From: Dehalococcoidia bacterium
GTDB taxonomy: Bacteria; Chloroflexota; Dehalococcoidia; Plut-88900
Reading direction: 5' to 3'
Length of the DNA stretch: 64,000 nucleotides
Assembly (NCBI GenBank): GCA_965249275.1
Contig: CBDFLQ010000007.1
Coordinates: 576,001-640,000 of the forward strand
Shown: positions 1 through 9,482 of the stretch, piece after piece
Layout: each line of letters starts with the position of its first letter
Position numbering within the stretch: the stretch's first letter is position 1
Notes under the pieces: generated by a model
The model's database searches: none
The model's input: only the letters and a program-made list of their open reading frames with translations
Told to the model about the DNA's origin: nothing
Translations under genes and position numbers: made by a program

Positions 1-2
1 CA

Positions 3-1217
3 GTACTCCGACCCGTCCACCCGTACCTTCTCCTCCCACAACACGTCCAACGGCTTCCCAAGGAAAGCCCGCCGGTACTCGACCCCCACCTCACCCGACA
101 GCGCAAGCATCCGGCCCATCCTGTCTCGCTTATCCCCATCGGACACTGCTGCATCGAAATCGTACGCCCGGGTCCCGGGCCTCCGTGAATACGGGAACAC
201 GTGGACTGCTGCGAAGGCCATCTCACGGCAGAACCGATAACTCTCTTCGAACTCCTCCCAAGTCTCTCCCGGAAACCCGACCATCACGTCAGTCGTGATA
301 GCGATTTGTGGGAGGGCCTCCCGGAATCGGCATACGGCCCTTCTATACCCATCTACCCTGTATCGTCGGCCCATGCGGCTCAGTACGGCGTCGCTGCCGC
401 TCTGCAGCGCTATGTGAACATGTCTGCACACCCGACTATTGCCGAACGCCCGCAGCAGCCTTGGCGTCACATCCTGCGGCTGTATGGAGGAGACCCTCAA
501 CCGCGGCAGGTCCGTCTCCTCCAGGACTCGTTCGATCAGCCCGTGCAGCCGACCATCGTACCCTTCCGGGTCCCGGCGAAACTCGGCGGTCGGGGGGTAC
601 TGGCCATAGGAGCCGATCTGGGGGCCGGTGATAACCACTTCCTTGAATCCCTCATCCACCCGTGCACGGATGTCGGCCAAGGCCTGCTCCAGGGGCACGT
701 TGAATTCCCGACCCCTCGTCATAGGTATTACGCAGAACGCGCAGAACTGGTTGCACCCGTCCTGAATCTTCACGAAAGCCCTGCTCCTCCCCACCCCCCT
801 CACATCCGCTATAGGAGACCGAGCGACCCCATCTTCCCAGTCCGCCATCAACTCCGACGCCACCTCTGCCAGCCGACCCTTGTCCTTGTTCAGGACCACC
901 GCATCTACACTTTTAAGTGCTTCAACTTCCCCCGTGGCCCGGGTCGCGTAGCATCCCGTCACGATCACTTTCGCCTGCGGGTTCCTTCTCCGCGCCCCCC
1001 CGAGCCACTGCCTGCCTTTCGCATCGGCCACGTGGGTCACGCTGCACGTGTTCAGCACGTACAGATCAGCCTCGGCGGACTGGTGCACAACTTCGAACCC
1101 GACCTCCGCCAATCGGCGGCTCATTGCGTCCGCCTCGGCCTGGTTCAGCTTGCACCCGTGCGCCGCTACCGCAACGCGAGGCTTATCTGATCGTCCTGTT
1201 GAAAGTTTGCTCGGCAT
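3..1217 (-). CDS. mtaB: tRNA methylthiotransferase MtaB/MiaB-family radical SAM enzyme (partial, runs off the left edge)
   Basis: Manual minus-strand translation from ATG 1217 gives MPSKLSTGRSDKPRVAVAAHGCKLNQAE...NTCSVTHVADAK (UPF0004 domain) and KIQDGCNQFCAFC (CxxxCxxC). Absent from the ORF track because it has no stop in the window. Confidence 0.88.
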   Translation of the reverse strand, partial: MPSKLSTGRSDKPRVAVAAHGCKLNQAEADAMSRRLAEVGFEVVHQSAEADLYVLNTCSVTHVADAKGRQWLGGARRRNPQAKVIVTGCYATRATGEVEALKSVDAVVLNKDKGRLAEVASELMADWEDGVARSPIADVRGVGRSRAFVKIQDGCNQFCAFCVIPMTRGREFNVPLEQALADIRARVDEGFKEVVITGPQIGSYGQYPPTAEFRRDPEGYDGRLHGLIERVLEETDLPRLRVSSIQPQDVTPRLLRAFGNSRVCRHVHIALQSGSDAVLSRMGRRYRVDGYRRAVCRFREALPQIAITTDVMVGFPGETWEEFEESYRFCREMAFAAVHVFPYSRRPGTRAYDFDAAVSDGDKRDRMGRMLALSGEVGVEYRRAFLGKPLDVLWEEKVRVDGSEY

Positions 1218-1468
1218 TGTTAGATAATTGCATAATGCTGGAAAGAAATTCTGTCCGGCCACGCACTTTTCACATACGCCATACATTATCCGGTATCCCG
1301 CGCCCTCAATGCCACCTGGTCGCCGCCTGCTCAGTCATCCCCAGATTTGACATTAGCCTGTTGTGTTATAATTCACATCCGAAAGAAGTCTGATGATTAC
1401 CTTGTTTTCACCCGAATCTTTTTTCACCCATACCCTGTATGACCTGCTAGGGCCGCACGGCCCAGGGA

Positions 1469-3013
1469 GTGCCCATGACTGTCCAGGCGACTAGGGGCGT
1501 AGGATCCCGAACGTACCAACGTCCCCGCAGAGTCCTTTTAACAGAGCCGCCCAACAGCCTCTTTGTCGGCTTTAACGCCACGGTGATTGTCGAACCCCTG
1601 GGCTTGGAATACTTGGCCGGAAACCTCCTCGACATCGCTGACGTCCGTATCTATGACATGCGCGTCGACAAGAAGCCTCTGGCCCAGGTCATCGAGGAGT
1701 TCAAGCCCGACGTAGTCGGTATACGAGAGGGCTACACGGTCGACGTCTCGTCCGTTAAGAACTTGGCCCGGGACATCAAGAAGATATCCTCGGACATAAT
1801 CATCATTGTAGGCGGTCATCACGTCTCCCTCGCACCCCAGGACGCATTCAGCCCGGACATCGATGCAATCGTCATCGGCGACGGTGAGAACACCTTCCGC
1901 CGCCTTGTCCTCAGCCTCCAGAATGACCGGGGACTCGACTCTATACCCGAGGTTATCTACCGCACCGCCAGCGGGGACTTCGACCAGTCCAACACCAAAG
2001 TAATAAAGAAGAGCTCCCTTAAGGAGTTCGACTCCCTATCCATGAACGAGCGCCCTCTGCCCGCCCGGCATCTCGTAGACCAGTACAGGGACGACTATTT
2101 CTTCCTATATCACACCAAGCCCTACTCCGTAGAAATGGCTCGCGGTTGCATCTACCGGTGCAACTTCTGCTCCGTCCACGAGTTCCACCGCGGCGAGTAC
2201 AAGGTCCAGGGCAACGATCGCACGCTCCTTGAGCTTTCCAAGCTTCCCCGCAATTCGTGGATCAACATTGTCGACGATTTGGCCATCCAGGAGCTTCCCG
2301 GCTCCCTCAAAATGGCCTACCCCCCGGGATTCGATCCCATGGACGACCTCGCCGACAAGATCATCGACATGGATCTCGGCCAACGTTACTGGATGCAGGT
2401 CCGCGCCGACAACGTGGTCCGAAACCCCAAGAAGTTCGAAAAATGGGCCAAGGCCGGGCTCGACACCGTGTTGGTCGGCCTTGAATCCTTTGAACAGAGC
2501 GACCTGAACTCCGTTGCCAAGGGCACCCGTGTCGGTGACAACGAGAAGTCCATCGACATCCTCCACAGCATGGGCATTCGGATTTGGGGCGCCGTTATGA
2601 TCTTCCAGCATTGGATGGATAGTAACTTCGAAAACCTCAAGGAGAAGGTCAACGAGACCAGGATCGAGTTTCCCAACTACACAATACTCACTCCCCTGCC
2701 CGGCACCGGTCAGTGGAAGGATATGCACAGCAAGCTGGTTACGAAGGAGCCCCACTTCTTCGACTTCCTCCACAGCGTATTGCCGACCAAGTTGGGGGGC
2801 GAAAAGTTCTATGAGCAGTACGCCTCCCTTTGGCGCACCGTGGGAGACGGAGGGATGGACAGGATCAGGAGAATGATCAACGAGGTTTCCACAACCCGGG
2901 AGAGCGTTATCAAGTTCCTCCGCCAGTACAGGACCCTCTCCGACATTGAGACCTACCGCCGAGGCATTGAACTCCTGGACCAAGGGCCCCCTGCAAAGCA
3001 GCCTTCCCCTTAG
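1469..3013 (+). CDS. Cobalamin-binding (class B) radical SAM protein, HpnR/BchE-like
   Basis: N-terminal B12-binding domain (EPLGLEYLA, VGGHH, GDGE), RGCIYRCNFC motif, VGLES and TPLPGT motifs. Start is GTG 1469 or ATG 1475. Confidence 0.85.
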   Translation: MPMTVQATRGVGSRTYQRPRRVLLTEPPNSLFVGFNATVIVEPLGLEYLAGNLLDIADVRIYDMRVDKKPLAQVIEEFKPDVVGIREGYTVDVSSVKNLARDIKKISSDIIIIVGGHHVSLAPQDAFSPDIDAIVIGDGENTFRRLVLSLQNDRGLDSIPEVIYRTASGDFDQSNTKVIKKSSLKEFDSLSMNERPLPARHLVDQYRDDYFFLYHTKPYSVEMARGCIYRCNFCSVHEFHRGEYKVQGNDRTLLELSKLPRNSWINIVDDLAIQELPGSLKMAYPPGFDPMDDLADKIIDMDLGQRYWMQVRADNVVRNPKKFEKWAKAGLDTVLVGLESFEQSDLNSVAKGTRVGDNEKSIDILHSMGIRIWGAVMIFQHWMDSNFENLKEKVNETRIEFPNYTILTPLPGTGQWKDMHSKLVTKEPHFFDFLHSVLPTKLGGEKFYEQYASLWRTVGDGGMDRIRRMINEVSTTRESVIKFLRQYRTLSDIETYRRGIELLDQGPPAKQPSP

Positions 3014-3038
3014 ATCCGTGTAAAGGCAGGACTTTCCA

Positions 3039-4283
3039 GTGCTTGACCACCGTGTAGTAGTCACAGGCGTTGGCTTGGTTACCCCTCTCGGAATGGACGT
3101 AGAGTCTACTTGGGGGAGCTTGATTTCCGGTCAGTCGGGCGTCGGATATATCACCGCCTTCGATTCCTCCGACTACGAGACCCACATCGCCGCCGAAGTC
3201 TCCGACTTCAACCCCAACGACCACCTGGACCGCAAGGCCGCACGGCGGATGGACCGTTTCGTCCAGTTCGCCGTAATCGCCGCCAGGGAGGCCGCCGCCC
3301 AATCAGGCCTTGAAATTACCGACGAAAACGCTGGCGACGTAGGAACGGTTATCGGGAGCGGCATCGGGGGACTTATCACGCTATCGGAGCAGTTCAACGT
3401 GCTCCGGGACAAGGGCCCCTCTCGTATCAGCCCTTTCCTGGTGCCCATGATGATCACCGACATGGCTTCCGGCCAAGTCTCGATTGACCTTGGTATCAAG
3501 GGGCCCAATTTCTGTACGACTTCCGCCTGCTCCAGCGGCAGCGATGCCATAGGCGCCGCTTACCAGCTCATTCAAGCCGGCAAGGCTAAGGCCATGATTA
3601 CCGGTGGCGCCGAGGCAAGCATCACGCCCATCGCCGTTGCCGGGTTCAATGCCGCCAGGGCACTGTCCACGAGAAACGACGAGCCCCAGAAGGCTTGCCG
3701 CCCCTTCGACGCTGGTCGGGACGGCTTCGTCATGGGCGAAGGCGCCGCTATGCTGATGATCGAGGATATGGAGCACGCTGTCGGGCGCGGCGCTACCATT
3801 CTCGCCGAACTCATTGGATACGGCACCTCCGGAGACGCCTTCCATCTCACCGCGCCCGCCGAGGGCGGTGAAGGCAGCATTCGAGCCATAAAGATGGCCT
3901 TGGGTGACGCCCAGGTCCAACCCGACGATATCGACTACATCAACGCCCACGGCACCTCCACACCCCTCAACGACAAGTTCGAGACCCTTGCCATCAAGAA
4001 AGTCTTCCAGGAAGAGGCCTACCGCATCCCAATCTCTTCTACCAAGTCCATGACCGGCCATCTCATTGGCGCCGCAGCCGCTCTTGAGGCCGCCATCACC
4101 GTACTGGCCATAGACCGAGGCGAAATTCCACCCACCATCAACCTCGAAGACCCCGACCCAGAATGTGACCTGGACTACACCCCCCACATCCCCCGCCGCG
4201 GCGAGGTAAAAGTCGCACTCTCCAACTCTCTCGGGTTCGGCGGCCACAACTCGGTGCTCGTCTTCCGCCAACCCCCCGCCTAG
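3039..4283 (+). CDS. fabF: 3-oxoacyl-ACP synthase II
   Basis: RVVVTGVGLVTPLG, TSACSSG catalytic Cys, INAHGTST, STKSMTGHL, SNSLGFGGHN. Confidence 0.97.
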   Translation: MLDHRVVVTGVGLVTPLGMDVESTWGSLISGQSGVGYITAFDSSDYETHIAAEVSDFNPNDHLDRKAARRMDRFVQFAVIAAREAAAQSGLEITDENAGDVGTVIGSGIGGLITLSEQFNVLRDKGPSRISPFLVPMMITDMASGQVSIDLGIKGPNFCTTSACSSGSDAIGAAYQLIQAGKAKAMITGGAEASITPIAVAGFNAARALSTRNDEPQKACRPFDAGRDGFVMGEGAAMLMIEDMEHAVGRGATILAELIGYGTSGDAFHLTAPAEGGEGSIRAIKMALGDAQVQPDDIDYINAHGTSTPLNDKFETLAIKKVFQEEAYRIPISSTKSMTGHLIGAAAALEAAITVLAIDRGEIPPTINLEDPDPECDLDYTPHIPRRGEVKVALSNSLGFGGHNSVLVFRQPPA

Positions 4284-4344
4284 CCAGCCCACCCCCTCCC
4301 CCCCACCAACGCCCGATTACGCGCCATTCCGATGCCTTTTTGTT

Positions 4345-4370
4345 GCCATTCCGAGGCTCCGCGAGGAATT
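4345..4370. repeat. REP-like short imperfect palindrome
   Basis: GCCATTCCGAGGCTCCGCGAGGAATT resembles CCATCCCGAGGCCTCGCGAGGGATCT at ~48008-48033. Confidence 0.45.
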
Positions 4371-4606
4371 TTAGGCATATCTCTCCCCAGCCGCCTAAAC
4401 GCCAATACCCATCAACCCTGTCCCTCTACATGCTCCTTTAGCCAATGGCCAACAAAAATGCAGGCCATTTGTGATGACCCATAATTCTTGTTCCTCTGAC
4501 GGGGATGTGAGGTGCTACTTCTCCCAAAAGGCCAACCCCCGGCGTATGCTATAATCAGGCTGCCCGACAGGGTCAAACCTACCCATAACTCACGAGGTGA
4601 GTTGCA

Positions 4607-4975
4607 TTGCAACCCGGCGAAATCAGCTCCTCCGAACGCATGTGGGCCGCCCTTGCCCACTCCATACTCCTGCTAAACGTCATCCCCGTTTTCCTGGGAC
4701 CATCAGTCGTGATTACGATGGGCATATGGGTCTTCAAGAGGAAGGGTTCCGACTACGTTGGCTTTCAGGCCCTGCAGGCCTTTATTTTCCAGGTCGCCGT
4801 AGCCTTCCTCGCAATTATCCTTGGCATGGTGATCGATCCAGCAGCAGCCTTGATCGTGCTGATTCTGCCAATCATCTACTCGATGTACGGCGCCTACCGA
4901 TGCAACCAGGGCCATGAGTTCCGATACGTGTTCATCGGCGATTTTCTCACGTCTATAATCACCAAAGACAAGTAG
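4607..4975 (+). CDS. DUF4870/Tic20-like small membrane protein
   Basis: ERMWAALAH...SDYVGFQALQAFIFQ...GAYRCNQGHEFRY pattern, three hydrophobic segments, GAGG SD before a TTG start. Confidence 0.75.
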   Translation: MQPGEISSSERMWAALAHSILLLNVIPVFLGPSVVITMGIWVFKRKGSDYVGFQALQAFIFQVAVAFLAIILGMVIDPAAALIVLILPIIYSMYGAYRCNQGHEFRYVFIGDFLTSIITKDK

Positions 4976-5159
4976 CCGGTTCAGTGCAACCCAGGGTGGG
5001 CCCCGACACCACTTGATCATACCGTTCGTATATATTTCGGCCAGGTAGTTGATGGGAGGGTCTTAATCGTGACCCGTGTGGCCTCGGAGTTAGTGCATCG
5101 GTCCGTCCCGACTTATAGTGCCTTTTGCCTTGGTCGGGATCTTTCGGAAGGCAAGCCCC

Positions 5160-5849
5160 ATGCCGTATAACCCGGTTGTAGACTCCAAGGTCTGCCGGCA
5201 CTGCTCGGTTATCGCCTCCGTCAGGGAAACCCAGTGCCGTGGCTGCGGCGGACGCTCCTGGGGCCCGATTCCCGACTCGCTCCTCCACAGCGTTGACCCT
5301 GATGTAATCAGAAACGGCCATGGCATCATCAGGCTGGACGGCTACCGGCCGCTGACCTGGCCCCCACCCGAAACAGAGCTCCGTGAACAAGACGTTGCCC
5401 CTGTTCCCCGCAAAGACCCGGACACCGCTGCCATGCTTGCCTCCCTCTGCAGCATGATCGGGATCTGGGGAGTCGGGCACATCTACGTCGGGAAGGTTAT
5501 CACCGGCCTATCGCTGATGATTGCGGGTTCCATCGTCTGGGGTATTTTTGTGCTCTTGACCTTCATCGGAGAAGGGCCGGTCTTCTACGCTCTCGGTGTG
5601 CCGGCCTGGGTTGCCCTCATCTTCCTTGCCTACCCAACCAACGAGTCCGACCCCCTCCGCGGCCGCAGATTCATCTTGCCCGGGATCGCCATTACGCTAA
5701 CCACGTATATGGTCTGGTCCAACCTACAATACACATACGTCTTCGTTACCATCGGGATTACCGCCTGGGTATACCTCACTATCCGCGCCTTCACCCTCGC
5801 CAACGAATACAACGACGAGCTGGACCGCAGCGGACTATCCCTCTGGTGA
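5160..5849 (+). CDS. Hypothetical membrane protein with an N-terminal zinc-ribbon and a TM2-like motif
   Basis: CRHC...CRGC Cys pairs, then KDPDTAAMLASL..GIWGVGHIYVGK and several TM segments. Start uncertain (5118 or 5160). Confidence 0.65.
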   Translation: MPYNPVVDSKVCRHCSVIASVRETQCRGCGGRSWGPIPDSLLHSVDPDVIRNGHGIIRLDGYRPLTWPPPETELREQDVAPVPRKDPDTAAMLASLCSMIGIWGVGHIYVGKVITGLSLMIAGSIVWGIFVLLTFIGEGPVFYALGVPAWVALIFLAYPTNESDPLRGRRFILPGIAITLTTYMVWSNLQYTYVFVTIGITAWVYLTIRAFTLANEYNDELDRSGLSLW

Positions 5850-5868
5850 TCCTTTCCTCCTGCCCGGA

Positions 5869-7587
5869 ATGACGAAATTCCGCTGGGCCATTTCGCCCCC
5901 CGTGCCCCGGGACGCGCTGTCACGGCTCAGAGGCATTCCCCTCTCGACCGCCCAGATTTCATACAATCGCGGCCTCACCGACCTTTCGCAAATCAAGAAA
6001 TTCCTCTCAATCGAGCATCGTCCCCTACCCGACCCCAACCTCCTCCCCGATATCGCACCGGCCATCGAGCGCATCGCCGCGGCCATCCAGAAGCGCGAGC
6101 TCATCGCAGTCTACGGTGACTTCGACGCCGACGGTGTAACCGCAACGGCCCTGCTGAATAACGGCTTGACCGGCCTCGGGGCGCGCACCACTCCCTATAT
6201 TCCTCATAGAACGGAGGAAGGACACGGGCTCAGCGTTCAGGGGCTCGAAAAGTTCGGAGGCCTGGGCGTCGGCCTGATCATTACAGCCGACTGCGGCGTC
6301 AGCTCTCTAGATGAGATAAATCTCGCCAACGAAATGGGCATCGACGTCGTCGTCACCGACCACCACACCCCCCCACCCGACCTTCCCCCCGCCCTCGCCG
6401 TAATCGACGCCAAGCGCCAGGACTCTGAATATCCGTTCCGGGAGCTGGCGGCTGTCGGGTTGGCCTACAGGATAATTCAAACTCTCCGGGGTCACCTGGG
6501 CTACGATGAGGACGAGAGCCTGCTGGACCTCGTCGCCTTAGGATCCGTCGCCGACATGGCGCCGCTGGTCGATGACAACCGCAACCTGGTCAAGCGCGGC
6601 CTTGAAGTCCTGAACAGGGCCGAGCGTCCCGGCCTCAGGGAACTCATGTCTCGGGCCGGCGTGGACCCCGGTAACCTGGACGCCGAGTCCATCTCGTTCA
6701 CATTAGCCCCGAGGATCAACGCTGCCGGCAGGGTAGACCACGCCATCACCAGTTACAGGCTTCTCACCGCCACCTCTGCCGCCGAGGCCCAGCCCCTGGC
6801 AGAGGAGTTGAACACCCGCAACCGACAGCGCCGCAGCCACACCGAGGACGCCTTCGCGAAAGCCCAGGCTCAGGTCGGCGATTCCCCCGTTTCTAGTCCC
6901 ATCATCATCGCCGGGGGCCCGGGTTTCGAGCCAGGCGTCGTGGGGCTGGTCGCCGGGAAGCTCAGCGAGGAGCATTACAAACCGGCGGTCGTGCTGTCCA
7001 CCGGGCCCGAAATCTCACGCGCTTCCTGCCGCTCCATCCCGGAGTTCGACATCACCGCAGCCCTCCAGCAGTGCGCCGACCTGTTCATCCGCCACGGCGG
7101 TCACTCCCAGGCCGCCGGTTTCGTCATAGCCAACGAGAACATCGAAGAGCTCAAGGGTCGCCTCACCGAGATTGCCGCCGAGAGGCTCGGCGCCCTCGAC
7201 CTTCAGCCCTCAATCAAGATCGACGTAGTCATGCCTCTCACCCAGATCGAGGCTCGGCTGCTCAAGTTCATCCAGCTCCTGGAGCCCGTGGGTCAGGGAA
7301 ACCCCCGGCCCATGTTTCTTTCCAGGAGGCTTACGCCACTCGGGGTCCGCACCATGGGCGCCGACGCGTCTCACTTGAGGATGTCCCTGCAGGATGGAGC
7401 GTCTGTCTGGAATGCGGTCGCCTTCAAAATGGGCCACCGGCTCGGCGAACTGACCGGCCCTATAGACGCGGTCTACCACATCAAGACCAACCGTTGGAAA
7501 GGTAGAGAGCGGCTAGAGCTTGAGCTGGTCGATTTCGCGCCTGCCGGGCAGTGCACACCTGCGTCCAGTCAGCAAAAACCGTACTAG
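5869..7587 (+). CDS. recJ: ssDNA-specific exonuclease RecJ
   Basis: YGDFDADG, TADCG, TDHH (DHH), APRINAAGR and GGHSQAAG motifs. Confidence 0.97.
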   Translation: MTKFRWAISPPVPRDALSRLRGIPLSTAQISYNRGLTDLSQIKKFLSIEHRPLPDPNLLPDIAPAIERIAAAIQKRELIAVYGDFDADGVTATALLNNGLTGLGARTTPYIPHRTEEGHGLSVQGLEKFGGLGVGLIITADCGVSSLDEINLANEMGIDVVVTDHHTPPPDLPPALAVIDAKRQDSEYPFRELAAVGLAYRIIQTLRGHLGYDEDESLLDLVALGSVADMAPLVDDNRNLVKRGLEVLNRAERPGLRELMSRAGVDPGNLDAESISFTLAPRINAAGRVDHAITSYRLLTATSAAEAQPLAEELNTRNRQRRSHTEDAFAKAQAQVGDSPVSSPIIIAGGPGFEPGVVGLVAGKLSEEHYKPAVVLSTGPEISRASCRSIPEFDITAALQQCADLFIRHGGHSQAAGFVIANENIEELKGRLTEIAAERLGALDLQPSIKIDVVMPLTQIEARLLKFIQLLEPVGQGNPRPMFLSRRLTPLGVRTMGADASHLRMSLQDGASVWNAVAFKMGHRLGELTGPIDAVYHIKTNRWKGRERLELELVDFAPAGQCTPASSQQKPY

Positions 7588-7603
7588 GACCCGTCAGCAG
7601 GCT

Positions 7604-8419
7604 TTAGGCAGCGGGAGCTGGCTGGATGCTCGGGGTCCGGCGGTCCAGCACCGAGCCTCCCATGTATCCCAGCCAAATCGGCACCAGTGGCAGGATACAC
7701 GGCGACAGGAACGACAGTATGCCGCCCGCAAACGCTATTATTATCGATGCCCCGCCCATCCCCGTGACTTCGCTGCTGCCCGTTACCTCGGGTATGAAGG
7801 TGAAGTAGGAATTCAGCTGCTGCAGGGAGCCGGTCACAATGAGCGCTCCAATCAACACCAACAGCAGTCCGCTTATCAGCTCAATGAACTCGAGGTACGG
7901 GTTGACCTTCTTCAGCCACCGCTTGGCAACGCCTATGAAGGCCCCGACCAACAGGAATGGCAACCCCAGGCCCAGGGAGTACGCGAACATCAGCACCGCA
8001 CCCTGCCCTATCGAACCCTCCAGTGTCAGGGACAGGATCCCCGCCAGGATCGGGCCCACGCACGGCGTCCATCCTATGGCAAACGCTGCCCCCACCACCG
8101 CCGACCGCATTAGGTTCGGCTTGTCACCCGCCCCAATCCCGATTCCTCTTTGCCGGTACAGAATGCTGGTTAGCGGGCCGAACCGCACAATCCCGCTCAG
8201 GTGAAATCCCAGGATAATCAGTAACGTCCCCGCCCCGATCTCTAGCCAGTCCCGCCAACTCCCCGTCCCGAGGGAACCCAACAGCGCCCCCAGCCCCGTG
8301 AACACCAGCGAGAACCCGGCCACGAACGCTACTGCATGAATGAACGGCGCCGGCGAGAACCCGAGTTTCGCTAGGCCACTCGGTGCGGTCTGCTGCGCTC
8401 CTGTTCCGGGATTCACCAT
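7604..8419 (-). CDS. ccdA: Cytochrome c biogenesis/disulfide transporter CcdA (circularly permuted)
   Basis: Both redox Cys motifs are present (GWTPCVGPIL and GILSFLSPCILPLVP), but in reversed order. Confidence 0.85.
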   Translation of the reverse strand: MVNPGTGAQQTAPSGLAKLGFSPAPFIHAVAFVAGFSLVFTGLGALLGSLGTGSWRDWLEIGAGTLLIILGFHLSGIVRFGPLTSILYRQRGIGIGAGDKPNLMRSAVVGAAFAIGWTPCVGPILAGILSLTLEGSIGQGAVLMFAYSLGLGLPFLLVGAFIGVAKRWLKKVNPYLEFIELISGLLLVLIGALIVTGSLQQLNSYFTFIPEVTGSSEVTGMGGASIIIAFAGGILSFLSPCILPLVPIWLGYMGGSVLDRRTPSIQPAPAA

Positions 8420-8542
8420 AGCGCTAGCGGCTCCTCTCTTGTCCTGTAACCGTTACTCTTAGTATGTCAACAAAAGACCGGCTCGGGCAACAAGTCCCTC
8501 ACACCATTTAACGAATTACTCTAGCAAAAGTTGCCCATTGCA

Positions 8543-9379
8543 TCACGTGCTCTTCAATGACGGACTCGGACCACGGGGCCCTTCAGAACGCTGGCGCACC
8601 AGCAGAAACGCCCCGACTGCGAAGACCGCTACCATCGTTAGCAGAGATATTACATGCGCCTGATGCAAAGACCCTATTCTCCCCGGATCGTCCCGCGTGA
8701 ACTGCACAGCGAACCTTATAGCCGCATACGTCCCGAGATAGATCAGCATCACCATACCGTCGGGCTTCACCCGGCCGATGAGCCGCATTATGACGAAGAA
8801 CAGCAGTACGTCGCCCACCATCTCGTACGCAACGGATGGGTGATACGCAAGCTCCGACCCGCTCTCGGATACGGGAATCGCCGGTCTGCCCGTATTCAGG
8901 CCCGGCCAGTTGGCGTGGGTGTGGACCCAGCCCCACGGCAGACTCGTCCGGGTGCTGAAGTGCTCTCCATTGATCACGTCCCCCACCCGGCCAATAGTCT
9001 GAGCGACCAGCATCATGGGGGCGCTAATGTCGGCGATCTTGCCCACGGACTGCTTATTCAAAATCGCCCAGGTGACACCGGTAATCGTCCCACCTAGCAA
9101 AGCACCCCACAGCCCCACACCGCCATTCCAGATGGTGAATATCTTTACCGGGTCGTTTATGTAATAGGACCAGTTATCAAATACGTGAACCAGCCGAGCC
9201 CCCACCACCCCTCCCGGCACCGCCCACGCTGCGCAGGAATAGATGACCTGGGGGTCCATGCCCCTGTCCCGCGCAAGCCTCGCCGTGCCGAATACCGCAA
9301 ATGCCACCCCCAGGGCCGTGAATATCCCGTGCCACGACAACCCCCCAATCAGAAAGGGGTCCATGTTGATTTCAAGCAT
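8543..9379 (-). CDS. lgt: Prolipoprotein diacylglyceryl transferase
   Basis: GVVGARLVHV, IWNGG, QTIGRVGDVINGE, HPSVAYE and RFAVQFTR motifs. Confidence 0.92.
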   Translation of the reverse strand: MLEINMDPFLIGGLSWHGIFTALGVAFAVFGTARLARDRGMDPQVIYSCAAWAVPGGVVGARLVHVFDNWSYYINDPVKIFTIWNGGVGLWGALLGGTITGVTWAILNKQSVGKIADISAPMMLVAQTIGRVGDVINGEHFSTRTSLPWGWVHTHANWPGLNTGRPAIPVSESGSELAYHPSVAYEMVGDVLLFFVIMRLIGRVKPDGMVMLIYLGTYAAIRFAVQFTRDDPGRIGSLHQAHVISLLTMVAVFAVGAFLLVRQRSEGPRGPSPSLKST

Positions 9380-9452
9380 CCTTGATCTCGGGCTCCGTCC
9401 TTATCGTATAAGTAGTCCGATCAGCTTCACTATCCGTTCACTTCACCCATCC

Positions 9453-9482
9453 AGTGTAGCCTCCCCGCCGAATGTCGGTCAA
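9453..9482 (-). promoter_or_regulatory. Putative sigma70 promoter for lgt; its -35 overlaps the 3' end of the large element
   Basis: Minus strand TTGACC (9482-9477), 18-bp spacer, TACACT (9458-9453). Confidence 0.5.

Noticed and set aside
201-1190. 329-aa plus-strand ORF
   Set aside because: Antisense shadow of the minus-strand mtaB gene, which has clear motifs.
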